64,000 nt of DNA from Candidatus Latescibacterota bacterium (GTDB lineage Bacteria > Latescibacterota > UBA2968): positions 128,001 through 192,000 of the forward strand of contig OZ241986.1 in the NCBI GenBank assembly GCA_965204375.1, given 5' to 3'. The notes beneath the pieces are model-generated. The model searched no databases. It saw only the letters and a list, made by a program, of their open reading frames with translations, and was not told the DNA's origin. The position numbers were made by a program, and so were the translations under genes. Below, piece by piece: positions 43,825-54,122 of this stretch; the stretch's first letter is position 1; every line of letters starts with the position of its first letter.

Positions 43825-44422
43825 GCGGAAATTTCTCAGTGATCAGCATGATTGGCTTTTTATTGGCGAGTACCCTGTAGGTGCGGCTGAGTAGTGGTTC
43901 TCCTTCAAGATGCGCGATGGCTTCCGGCAAATCTCGTGCGGTTTCACAGCAGCACCACAATAATTCACGGCGGGTTTCCAGTCCGCTGTTTTGCAGAATT
44001 CCTCCCAATCCCGCAGGATCTGATTCCAATCCGTCCAGAATGCCTTTTGGCAAGTGTTGTGGTACAATTAGAGACGTAGCATATGCCTGAATTTTCGGCA
44101 TGTAGTTGTCTGTTGAGGGTGTTTGTAGTACTACTTGTCGCGCGATGACAGGTGCCCCTGATGACAGCTCGAGCCAGATATGCCTGGTGCAGAGTGTCTG
44201 TTTCGCCTGGTGGAGGAGCACGACTTCCACCGGTGCGAGTGTATAGGCTTCGATGAGTCTTGTGACGGTTCCGTCGGTGACGATCAATGCCCTCTGAAAT
44301 GGCGTTAACTGCGAGATGTTGATTTCTCTCGACATCGCTGGCCTTTCAGCCTGTGCGATAAATATATTTTTTACGTGTGTGTCAATAAAGGTTGTTGAAT
44401 TGAAAATTGGATCTGTCTTCAT
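43805..44422 (-). CDS. Chorismate pyruvate-lyase-like protein (DUF98)
   Basis: TDGTVTRLIEA, ETRREL, SRTY...ITEKFP. Confidence 0.8.
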   Translation of the reverse strand: MKTDPIFNSTTFIDTHVKNIFIAQAERPAMSREINISQLTPFQRALIVTDGTVTRLIEAYTLAPVEVVLLHQAKQTLCTRHIWLELSSGAPVIARQVVLQTPSTDNYMPKIQAYATSLIVPQHLPKGILDGLESDPAGLGGILQNSGLETRRELLWCCCETARDLPEAIAHLEGEPLLSRTYRVLANKKPIMLITEKFPLREEAH

Positions 44423-44498
44423 CGAGCTATTGTCCTTTCGTATATACAGTCGTTGTGTAACGCAGATGCACTTTATACACATAAGAACAAAAAAAGTT

Positions 44499-44719
44499 CT
44501 TTGAAACATTGCATGTGTGATTCTAATCCGTTATGTTGTGAAAGCCCAAGGACGCCATTCGACATTATATCCGGGCACATTGAACCGTTTTTGGAGGTCT
44601 CTATGTCCGTATCTTATCCCCGCATTCCCTACGGTTGGGCCGATTTTAAGGCTATTCGGTTGGAGAACCGCCTCTACGTGGATAAAACCCGGTTTGTCCG
44701 CGAGTTGGAGCAGGAACGC
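44499..44719 (+). repeat. Diverged direct repeat, left copy (promoter + RBS + first 39 codons of AAA gene)
   Basis: Matches 57429..57673. Confidence 0.85.
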
Positions 44720-46351
44720 TATGCTTTTCTGATTCGTCCCCGTCGCTTTGGCAAGACGTGCTGGGTGTCTCTGCTGGAGAACTACTACGACCGCAACCGG
44801 GGCGACGCATTTGAAGCTGTTTTTGAAGGCACGGATATTGGTCGGCAACCTACCGAGAACCGCCATCGCTACGTCATCCTGCGCTTTAATTTTTCGATGT
44901 TCGACGATGCGTTAGAAACTTTGCAACAACGCTTTGAAACCTATTGTCATCTCGTACTCAGTCATGCACTGGGTCGGAATCGAGATCTGTTTTCTGAAGA
45001 AGCGACTGAGCGCATCCTTTCACTGCCTTCCATTGATGCCAAGCTCTCTGAATTGTTCCTGTACGCCAGTGACCAGGGCATTCCGCTATACGCGCTTATT
45101 GACGAGTACGACAACTTCGCCAACACGGTGTTGGCGCATCACGGTCAGGTGGCATACCAGTCGTTTACGCATGGCAGCGGGTTCTTTCGCAATTTTTTTG
45201 CCACGCTGAAAGGAGGAACAGAACAGAGCGACGGAGGATTGGAGCGGCTGTTCATTACGGGCGTGTCGCCGATTACGATGGACGACGTGACCAGTGGGTT
45301 CAACATTGGCAAGAATATCAGCCTGGATCCAGCGTTCAATGAGATGCTCGGCTTTACCGAGGAAGAGGTGCGAAGTCTGCTGGTGATGTACCGGGATTGC
45401 GGCGTGTTAGATCGGGATGTAGATACCGTGCTGGGCACTATGCGGGAATGGTACAACGGCTATCGGTTCGCAGAGGCGGCAACCGTCGATATGCACAATA
45501 CCGACATGGTGCTCTATTACCTGGATCACGCCATTCCGAACCGCTCTGGACCTCGTGATCTGATCGATACCAACGTCCGCATTGACTACGGCAAGTTGCG
45601 CCATCTGCTGGTGACCGGGCGGCGTCTAAACGGAAATTTCGACCTGCTGAGGCATGTCATTGCCAATGGCGAGGTAGATACCCGCATTCAATCCAGCTTT
45701 CCCCTGAAGAATCTGGGTCAGCGCGAGAATTTTCTCTCACTGCTGTATTACTTTGGCCTGTTGAGCATTCGCGATCTATCGGAAGGCCTGCCCTGTCTGG
45801 GGATTCCCAATCAGACGGTGAAGCGGCTGATGTACGGTTACTTGCGCGAGGGCTACGACGACATGGGGGTGTTCTCGGTAGATTTTTACGATTTTGAGCA
45901 GCTAACGCACGAGATGGCCTACCGGGGCGCGTGGCGGCCTGTGGTGGACTATCTGAGCGATGCGGTGGACAGGCAGACGGGGATCAGGGATTACATTGAT
46001 GGAGAGAAGGTGGTGCAGTCTTTTTTTGCGGCGTATTTTGGTCTGACGGATTACTTTGTGCTGCACTCAGAGGTGGAATTGAACAAGGGCTATGCAGATA
46101 TCTACCTGGAGCCGTTTTGGGCACAGCATCCGGGCATGCGTTGTGGCTATGTGATTGAACTGAAGTATCTGAGTCGCAGTGAGCATCTGGACGAGTCCGT
46201 TGTGTCGGCGAAAATACAGGAGGCCGTGCGCCAGTTGCGCGGCTACTTGTCAGACGAAGGCTTGCGTCGTCGTCATCCATCTGTGCGACACATCGGTCTG
46301 GCGATCGTGTTTCACGGCTGGGAAATGGCGGCTTGCGAGGCGGTATGTTGA
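44603..46351 (+). CDS. AAA-ATPase-like + PD-(D/E)XK nuclease protein
   Basis: YVDKT, RPRRFGKT, IDEYD, FITGV, IPN, GYADI...VIELK. Confidence 0.92.
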   Translation: MSVSYPRIPYGWADFKAIRLENRLYVDKTRFVRELEQERYAFLIRPRRFGKTCWVSLLENYYDRNRGDAFEAVFEGTDIGRQPTENRHRYVILRFNFSMFDDALETLQQRFETYCHLVLSHALGRNRDLFSEEATERILSLPSIDAKLSELFLYASDQGIPLYALIDEYDNFANTVLAHHGQVAYQSFTHGSGFFRNFFATLKGGTEQSDGGLERLFITGVSPITMDDVTSGFNIGKNISLDPAFNEMLGFTEEEVRSLLVMYRDCGVLDRDVDTVLGTMREWYNGYRFAEAATVDMHNTDMVLYYLDHAIPNRSGPRDLIDTNVRIDYGKLRHLLVTGRRLNGNFDLLRHVIANGEVDTRIQSSFPLKNLGQRENFLSLLYYFGLLSIRDLSEGLPCLGIPNQTVKRLMYGYLREGYDDMGVFSVDFYDFEQLTHEMAYRGAWRPVVDYLSDAVDRQTGIRDYIDGEKVVQSFFAAYFGLTDYFVLHSEVELNKGYADIYLEPFWAQHPGMRCGYVIELKYLSRSEHLDESVVSAKIQEAVRQLRGYLSDEGLRRRHPSVRHIGLAIVFHGWEMAACEAVC

Positions 46352-46399
46352 GGGTGATATTTAAAGGCCGTATTTGTAGTGCTCCAACAGTGGTTAAAT

Positions 46400-46434
46400 A
46401 AAAAGCCCGATCTCGGTATAAGGTCGGGCTTTTT
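46400..46434. terminator. Bidirectional terminator between AAA gene and CRISPR trailer
   Basis: AAAAAGCCCGA...TCGGGCTTTTT. Confidence 0.85.
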
Positions 46435-46439
46435 AAATT

Positions 46440-49009
46440 GCTTCAATTCCATAGTGGTTCGATTAGAAGGGTTTAAGGTCAACCACGCTCTAATTTCTCA
46501 AGCCTGTTTCAATTCCATAGTGGTTCGATTAGAAGCTTTTGTGTGACGTTGCGGGAAAAGTCCCTCAACTCAGTTTCAATTCTATAGTGGTTCGATTAGA
46601 AGTTGTCTGTTTTTGTTCCCGTCCTCTGTCCTGCTTGTGTTTCAATTCCATAGTGGTTCGATTAGAAGGTGGCGTAGGCATATTGGTGGGGTCTATCGGT
46701 GCGCCGTTTCAATTCCATAGTGGTTCGATTAGAAGATTGCCTGAAGCATATCAAAGCAGACCTTGATACAAGTTTCAATTCCATAGTGGTTCGATTAGAA
46801 GGCATTCATACCATATCGCTGAAAGAGCGTCATCATCGGTTTCAATTCCATAGTGGTTCGATTAGAAGAATGCGATACCTATTCGCACCTTGTCGGGAAA
46901 GACGAGTTTCAATTCCATAGTGGTTCGATTAGAAGCTTATTTCGGGGTATTTTTCATCGCTGAAGTCCACGCGTTTCAATTCCATAGTGGTTCGATTAGA
47001 AGCCAACGCAACAACTGTGACCTTCGACGTTGCAACCGTGTTTCAATTCCATAGTGGTTCGATTAGAAGCATCAGACCTCGAGTTCAACTTTAGGCTCTC
47101 GGAATTGTTTCAATTCCATAGTGGTTCGATTAGAAGTGCGATCAGGGAGCAGACGAATGCGTTTCTCGCGCAAGTTTCAATTCCATAGTGGTTCGATTAG
47201 AAGAACTGAAGATGCACTTGCCAATATCGAAAAGGAATTGTTTCAATTCCATAGTGGTTCGATTAGAAGCTGCGCTTGCGCTCTCGGTTGATAACGCGCG
47301 AAAGACAGGTTTCAATTCCATAGTGGTTCGATTAGAAGAAAATGGGGGGGTGCGGGCGCCGCCGCAGCATCTCCGTTTCAATTCCATAGTGGTTCGATTA
47401 GAAGTAAAAGACAGTGAGCCGCTCGTTGTGATGCGCGGTGGTTTCAATTCCATAGTGGTTCGATTAGAAGCCTTGTCGCCAGCTTCTGCACGCACCACCA
47501 AATCTGCGTTTCAATTCCATAGTGGTTCGATTAGAAGTAACTCTCGTCTTTGTTAAACCGCCATCCGGGAGACTTGTTTCAATTCCATAGTGGTTCGATT
47601 AGAAGAAACAGCCCACGCGCCCAAATCCGTGATCGTATAGGTTTCAATTCCATAGTGGTTCGATTAGAAGTCCAGCGCGTGACCATTCTCAGCGCGTCTG
47701 TCATTGTTTCAATTCCATAGTGGTTCGATTAGAAGTCAAAAAGAAAAAGTCGCTGGCGAGACGCGGATTCCAGGTTTCAATTCCATAGTGGTTCGATTAG
47801 AAGTGCCAGCGGCAAGGCAGTGACTGCGACTGCGAACAATGTTTCAATTCCATAGTGGTTCGATTAGAAGCAAATCGGGAGTTGCCGATGTGACGAGATT
47901 AATCGGTTTCAATTCCATAGTGGTTCGATTAGAAGGGTCTCCGTGTACTCCCCAAGGGGATTCGGTAACGGGGTTTCAATTCCATAGTGGTTCGATTAGA
48001 AGATTGTACATCATCTGCGCCATCACTTCATACTCCGCCGTTTCAATTCCATAGTGGTTCGATTAGAAGCTCGAATATCCAGAATGGGGTACAGAGAATC
48101 AAGCATGTTTCAATTCCATAGTGGTTCGATTAGAAGGCGTTTTAAGAACGGCGTGCAAAACCGGGTCTGCACATGTTTCAATTCCATAGTGGTTCGATTA
48201 GAAGTTGCATCTGTTGCTCGTGATTCAGTGTGCGCGTAAACGTTTCAATTCCATAGTGGTTCGATTAGAAGTTTGCCGTCGTCACCAACGGTAACTTTTC
48301 CAAAATATGTTTCAATTCCATAGTGGTTCGATTAGAAGTGCCGCAATGGGACAACTGTTTCGAGATCGGAAGCCATGTTTCAATTCCATAGTGGTTCGAT
48401 TAGAAGTTTCCTTCTCCGGCTGGAGGACTATTTCCATATCGTCGTTTCAATTCCATAGTGGTTCGATTAGAAGACCATATTCTGATGAACCAAAAGCGGC
48501 TTATTCCAAGTTTCAATTCCATAGTGGTTCGATTAGAAGAAAACGGTTTGCTCGAATGCCTGTTCTGTGAATGCAAGTTTCAATTCCATAGTGGTTCGAT
48601 TAGAAGGGCGACCCTGCCGATCTGTTAGTGCAGTCGCCAACCAGGTTTCAATTCCATAGTGGTTCGATTAGAAGTCAGACGTTTTTCGACTTCTCCCGGT
48701 CGGTATCACATGTTTCAATTCCATAGTGGTTCGATTAGAAGCGGCTCGGTGCGGGGAAGAACCTGACTGCAAAACAAAGTTTCAATTCCATAGTGGTTCG
48801 ATTAGAAGGCTACAAGGGGCTACAAGGGGCTATACGGGCTACGTAGGTTTCAATTCCATAGTGGTTCGATTAGAAGGCTCCGCCCGACCCCGCCGTTGTC
48901 GGGTTTTTCGTATGTTTCAATTCCATAGTGGTTCGATTAGAAGAGCTATTTGTAGCCCCTTTGGGCCGCCTTATTCGCTGTTTCAATTCCATAGTGGTTC
49001 GATTAGAAG
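46440..49009 (-). CRISPR. Type I-B CRISPR array, 39 repeats / 38 spacers (35-39 nt); repeat CTTCTAATCGAACCACTATGGAATTGAAAC
   Basis: Counted by eye; ATTGAAAC end on minus strand; variant repeats at trailer end (46440, 46573). Confidence 0.98.
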
Positions 49010-49238
49010 ACCGGAAAATCAGCACTAAAATTTATATATATCTGGGAAGAATACAATCTCAAGAAGCGACATCGTTTTTATTTAAAATGACTATATTTCA
49101 AAAGGTTATAACCCCAAAATTATTATCTGAAGACGTTATCGGAAATCCGCATAAATTCAGTAAGGAAAAATGAAATTGTCGTCAACCTCCAGTTGTGTAA
49201 AATCCCCGGGATATCGACGACAAATTTAGCACTTCCCA
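49010..49238 (-). promoter_or_regulatory. CRISPR leader
   Basis: AT-rich, between cas2 and first repeat; TTGTCGTC...GACGACAA inverted repeat at 49176..49223. Confidence 0.85.
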
Positions 49239-49505
49239 TTACAACAGATTTGTCACTGGATTTTTATCTACGCCCAGCACCTCTTTATTCATCCACCTTT
49301 TGTGACGCATTTGATAGATAAGCACGGAGTCCTTGCCTTCGTCAAGTATCTGTACCAAACTCGATTTTATTTGTGCAACCCCTGCTTTGGTCACTTCACC
49401 TTCAAAAACAGAATTTTGTACCCAGTTGAGGTGTTGGCGCAAATATTTGCATACTTTCCCAACGCGTTTTACTCCAACATCATAAACAACAATGACATAC
49501 ATCAC
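49239..49505 (-). CDS. cas2: Cas2
   Basis: VIVVYDV, WVQNSVFEG. Confidence 0.97.
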   Translation of the reverse strand: MMYVIVVYDVGVKRVGKVCKYLRQHLNWVQNSVFEGEVTKAGVAQIKSSLVQILDEGKDSVLIYQMRHKRWMNKEVLGVDKNPVTNLL

Positions 49506-49555
49506 TCACCCTCCATTTTTTGTAGTTGAATTGAGCATCGACAATACCTCCAATT

Positions 49556-50551
49556 TTACCACCAGGCTCTAAATGCTCGATAGGTTTCCATACCTGTCAG
49601 ATGCTTGATTAACTTGTAGCATTCGAGGCGAATCAGCCGCTGGTAAGACACTTTGCGTCTCAATTTTCGATGTGAAATTGTCTGCTGAAGTTGCGTATCA
49701 AAGGTTTGGAGAAAGAGGCGTCTTCCCGTTTCATTGAGGTAGCAGGCGTTCAGTTCAGTGCTAAAATGTTTGGTTTCATCTAACTGCCTGCGATTGAACA
49801 GGCGAAAAAGGACGCGATCGACGATAATAGGTTTGAAAATTTCTGCCAGATCCAGGCTTAGAGAAAAGCGACGTTCCCCCGGTTCATGCAGGAAGCTGAT
49901 TGTCGGATTTAGTTGCGTCCGATAGATTTCGGTTAAACATGCTGTGTACATCAGCGAATTGCCAAATGAAATAACAGCATTGATCGGGTTATCAGGTGGT
50001 CGTCGAACCCGTTGTTCATAGGCAGTCTTCAAGTCCAGGATAGCGTTGAGTGCCGAGTAGTAGGTTTCGCGGATGTTGCCCTCCAATCCCATCAATGCGC
50101 CCGGACTTTTGGCATTTGATATGTTCTTTGCCATAGATTTGATGGTAGCAATCTGCATATCGCAGTCTCTACCTCGATTAGCATAATAGCGCAGATTCCG
50201 CAAAATGTTATCTGCCGACGCTGAAACGAACTCGCGGGCAATGGGTAAGCGTTTGGTTTTTCGTTCATAATGCTGAACCTGCTTAACGGTCAAGAAACCA
50301 GAGTTGAGATATTCACGCGGATAATATGTACCAGAGTAATAGCCATAGTAGTTGAAAACATGAACGGGCACCTGCTTTTGCGCCATGTAGTTGAGAAGCC
50401 GTGTGTTTAGATCCAGTTCTCCATAGAGGTAGAATGCATCGATATCCTCAACCGGAATGGGTACCCGCGAATTGTCTTCCTTTTCAAGATAAACGGTGTT
50501 GTCTTTGCGGCGCAATCTACCAGAGTAGTTAATGTAGTAATTTCGAGGCAT
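49556..50551 (-). CDS. cas1: Cas1, type I-B
   Basis: GRLRRKDNT, FNYYGYY, NAVISFGN, LDLAEIFKP. Confidence 0.97.
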   Translation of the reverse strand: MPRNYYINYSGRLRRKDNTVYLEKEDNSRVPIPVEDIDAFYLYGELDLNTRLLNYMAQKQVPVHVFNYYGYYSGTYYPREYLNSGFLTVKQVQHYERKTKRLPIAREFVSASADNILRNLRYYANRGRDCDMQIATIKSMAKNISNAKSPGALMGLEGNIRETYYSALNAILDLKTAYEQRVRRPPDNPINAVISFGNSLMYTACLTEIYRTQLNPTISFLHEPGERRFSLSLDLAEIFKPIIVDRVLFRLFNRRQLDETKHFSTELNACYLNETGRRLFLQTFDTQLQQTISHRKLRRKVSYQRLIRLECYKLIKHLTGMETYRAFRAWW

Positions 50552-50627
50552 CGGGCATTCCTCACTTAACAGGGCGATTTTTTGAGCATTGCAAGTCCGG
50601 ATACAGAGTCAACCATCACGCTTCCTG

Positions 50628-51143
50628 CTAACTCCAACACAATTCCATATAGCTGCAGGATTTACAAATTTTCATAAACGCTGCATCTGGGGGCGTTGGT
50701 AGATGGGAAATTTTTTTTGCATCCTCTATTGCCGCCTCAACTTCGCGCTCTTTCTCCGGTGTCAATTCAATCTCCCGGGTTCTCCGTTGGCGTGGATAGT
50801 TAATCATCCCTTTTCGATTCCGAAACCCTTTTTGTTTAAGCAGGTAGAGATAGTAGAGAATTTGCATTTCGTGTGCTTTTTCCATTGCTTTACCCGACTT
50901 CACATCATGTAGAATGCCGTCTCTATCGATAAAGTCAATGCGAATGAGGTCGTCAATCAGGCGTTCCTTGCGTTTTTCCCGACTGTAGCTTTGCTCATGC
51001 AACAGTTGTCCCATAGAAACGAGGTCTGAAGTGTGCTCCATCTCAATGTGATTTTGAAAAAACCACAGTTTTCGCGGACATACAAAAAGGTAGTTGATCG
51101 CCGTGCCAGTAACGCGAGCTTCAGTAAGGTCCTGGATTTGCAT
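50628..51143 (-). CDS. cas4: Cas4
   Basis: CPRKLW, D...DVK, Q..YYL, CKSCSY.ELC. Confidence 0.96.
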   Translation of the reverse strand: MQIQDLTEARVTGTAINYLFVCPRKLWFFQNHIEMEHTSDLVSMGQLLHEQSYSREKRKERLIDDLIRIDFIDRDGILHDVKSGKAMEKAHEMQILYYLYLLKQKGFRNRKGMINYPRQRRTREIELTPEKEREVEAAIEDAKKISHLPTPPDAAFMKICKSCSYMELCWS

Positions 51144-51257
51144 GGATACTTTCTCCTTATAGTATGTTCGAGGGCTTTTCTAATTCTAATTCAAGCTCAA
51201 TATCGAATGTGTAGTCTGTGTTAATTTTTGTAAATGTCATCCGAGACAAAAATCCCT

Positions 51258-53486
51258 TTACAACACATTCTCTGCCAACTCATCAAGTAATAATCCACGC
51301 TCACTATCGTATTGGACACGCACAAACCACTGCCCTTCCTGCTTGTATAATTGCCCTTCCTCCTGGAGTCGTGCAAACTGTTGCTCAGAAATTGAAGTAC
51401 TGTAAGCCATTGCCTCGTAAAATTCCCTTGATTGGATGTATTCCAGAAATTTTTTTTCGTAGGCGGAAGGAATCACTTCGATACTCTTAAAAAGTCCGGT
51501 AAATTCCTCGCGCCCCGACGAATCTTCAATGAATGGTACAATGTTTTGCAGATGTTGGCTGAAGAGGTTCTTAGCGTTATCGAATGTTTCTTGTTCCTTT
51601 ACGTCGTAGCCATTACCGTAAACCGCATCAATGAGGTACTGAACCTTCGATTCGTACAAGATATCAACTTCGGCAAATGCTCTAAGTGTCTGTTTCACAC
51701 GCTCGGAGGGATAGATGTATTTGTCGTTCTCCCCACCTTCTCGGCAGATGCATACATCACAGATACCCTTCTTGCGTGTACGATTCACACGACCAAATCG
51801 CTGTATCAGTGCATCAATGGGAGCAGGTTCAGAAAATAGTACATCAAAGTCAATATCCAGTGAGACTTCGACTGCTTGCGTCCCAACGAGCAGGTCTGCC
51901 TCTGTCAGATCTTTCTCAATTCGCTCACGGTCTCGAAGAATAAAACGGCTGTGGAGTAGTTGCGGATCGGTAGTCATCTGTTGTAATTTCTCAAAGACCT
52001 TCTGTGCCTGTTTGACAGTGTTGCACACGACTAATACCCGTTGCTTATCCTTCAATCGCTTGATGATAATTGGAATGGCGTCAAGGATTCCACCGTCAAG
52101 CAGTCGGACGCGATGACGAGTAAATTCATCTCTTTTTGCAGAAGACATTTCAACTTCAGTAACTTCACCAATCGCACTCAGGAACATCTCTTTGAGGAAT
52201 CTCGGCATTGTCGCAGTCATGATGCAAAATTGCGAACCGTACTCACGATAGAGCCGTTCAACCATCGTCAAAATCAGTGCGGTTGTATGTGGGTCATAGG
52301 CATGAATTTCATCGAAGATGAATAGGCTGCCCGCCATCTCTGCGAATTGCATCTCGAAACCGCTCATACCGAAAAAGGCTTTGAGCAATTGAAACGGTGT
52401 CAGAACTTTGTATGGTCGATAAATTTTGCGCGTCAGGTCTTGGATTTTGCGGGCTTCTGCTTTTGCTTTATTCGGCGTGTATTCTTTATCTACCATTGAG
52501 CGATAAAGAAAATAACTCGCCTTCCCGTGCAACAATCCGATGCGGTCTTCCGAGACGAGATTGATCAGGCGGTTGTACATCGCGTTTATGCTCGCGGTGT
52601 AGGGCAGAACATAAAACACGCGCCGTCCTAAAGATTTATTCTCATTAGCACTTGACCAGAGCATCGCTGCTTCCGTCTTGCCAGAGCCAGTTGGTGCCGA
52701 AAGCATCAGATGTCCAGACGTTTTTGAAGCAGAATTTTGGAAATCATCCCAACCTCGAAAAATTCGCCCTTTTTGATCGATTTCTCTGAGAAGATGTCGC
52801 CTCAAATTATCGAGAGCGCGGTAAATCGTCGTTTGTCCCGCCGAGGCCAGATGGTCACACGCAATCATACAACCTCGCAGCAGCATACCATAACGACCAT
52901 GCAATGCCGTTAATTGTCCATCCTCAAAATCGTTAATATACGGCAAGAGAAAGTCTCGATATCCATTGATCAAACCATTGCGCGAGGACACGGGATCAAA
53001 ATGGCAATCCTCGTCCATATACCAGCGACAGACCTGTTCCTGAATCTGCATCAATGCATCCCAATTTGGGTCTAACTCCGCTATTCGAGATTGCCACGTT
53101 TGATAACCCGGATTTCGTGGTGGAAAGCAAGGGTATTGCGCCATCAAAGTATGAATATCTTTGTGATGCGTCAAAATCGCCAGCCCGATGGCTTGTTTTG
53201 TAACGGGGCGCAGACTCAGACCAACCACAAATCCCGCCGATAGAATTTCGTGACGATAGCCCCACTGTCGGGAATCCGCTTGAAGCTGTGCCTGAAATCC
53301 AGTTGCAGCTTTTCCAAAATCGTGAAGGGCAACAGTGTAAAACAGGTGATCGAAAAAATCTGGCTCACCTGAAATCTCAGCGATAAACGGCATCACCTCT
53401 CGCATGCAGAAATAGACAGAAAGACAATTCTCAGTATGTTCGACTAATGTTTCAGGTGGATCACTTTTGGCGAGCAGTTCTGTCAT
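51258..53486 (-). CDS. cas3: Cas3 HD nuclease-helicase
   Basis: HDFGK, APTGSGKT, DEIH, QRFGRVNR. Confidence 0.97.
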   Translation of the reverse strand: MTELLAKSDPPETLVEHTENCLSVYFCMREVMPFIAEISGEPDFFDHLFYTVALHDFGKAATGFQAQLQADSRQWGYRHEILSAGFVVGLSLRPVTKQAIGLAILTHHKDIHTLMAQYPCFPPRNPGYQTWQSRIAELDPNWDALMQIQEQVCRWYMDEDCHFDPVSSRNGLINGYRDFLLPYINDFEDGQLTALHGRYGMLLRGCMIACDHLASAGQTTIYRALDNLRRHLLREIDQKGRIFRGWDDFQNSASKTSGHLMLSAPTGSGKTEAAMLWSSANENKSLGRRVFYVLPYTASINAMYNRLINLVSEDRIGLLHGKASYFLYRSMVDKEYTPNKAKAEARKIQDLTRKIYRPYKVLTPFQLLKAFFGMSGFEMQFAEMAGSLFIFDEIHAYDPHTTALILTMVERLYREYGSQFCIMTATMPRFLKEMFLSAIGEVTEVEMSSAKRDEFTRHRVRLLDGGILDAIPIIIKRLKDKQRVLVVCNTVKQAQKVFEKLQQMTTDPQLLHSRFILRDRERIEKDLTEADLLVGTQAVEVSLDIDFDVLFSEPAPIDALIQRFGRVNRTRKKGICDVCICREGGENDKYIYPSERVKQTLRAFAEVDILYESKVQYLIDAVYGNGYDVKEQETFDNAKNLFSQHLQNIVPFIEDSSGREEFTGLFKSIEVIPSAYEKKFLEYIQSREFYEAMAYSTSISEQQFARLQEEGQLYKQEGQWFVRVQYDSERGLLLDELAENVL

Positions 53487-53495
53487 AATACATCT

Positions 53496-54122
53496 CTAAT
53501 TTTCGTGTAAATACACACCCCATCGCATTTCCGAGTCTTGTAACGCCTCACCGCTATACGGTATCTGCTCTGTCAGCATGTAAAACGGACGAATGCCTTG
53601 CGGACGACGGGGACGTTCATCTGTAAAATGCGTTGGCAATGCTTGTATCTGACCGTAAATCTGCTCATTCGGAAACGGCAGAAGGGTGTCGCAATATGTG
53701 GTTTCAGGTACCTCTTCCAACTCAATCTCCGAAATTGACACAACCGTTGCCAATTCTGTCGAACGCCCTAACAGCAATGGATAATAGGGGGATTCAAGAT
53801 GCGGTCTTAGCCACATTGCAGGCGTGTAGAGATAAAGTTCTGGTGAAACGAGAAATTCTCGTTTGCAGACATTTGGTTTTGCCTTCAGGCGCGTCTGATC
53901 AAATTCGTACACCGTTTCCAAATCTACCGCTTTGCCTTGGCTTTGAAAGATAAACCCAACCGCTGCATCGTCAGGTGTAACCCAATCGCCTCGCGCTGCT
54001 GATAGCAAGCCATAGATAGTTGAAAGTGGTGGTACAGGGAGTGTGGGCTGGAATCCGCTGATAAACAACGGATTCCGAAAAGATGCGACCCATCCAGTGA
54101 TGTGAACGCGAAGGACTTTCAT
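53496..54122 (-). CDS. cas5: Cas5, type I-B
   Basis: ASFRNP...PPLSTIYGL, LLLGR. Confidence 0.93.
   Translation of the reverse strand: MKVLRVHITGWVASFRNPLFISGFQPTLPVPPLSTIYGLLSAARGDWVTPDDAAVGFIFQSQGKAVDLETVYEFDQTRLKAKPNVCKREFLVSPELYLYTPAMWLRPHLESPYYPLLLGRSTELATVVSISEIELEEVPETTYCDTLLPFPNEQIYGQIQALPTHFTDERPRRPQGIRPFYMLTEQIPYSGEALQDSEMRWGVYLHEN

Noticed and set aside
46440-49009. Self-targeting spacers
   Set aside because: None noticed by eye within the window; needs an exact search, so not claimed either way
46539-49173. Multiple ORFs with FNSIVVRLE/FQFHSGSIR repeats
   Set aside because: Translations of CRISPR repeats
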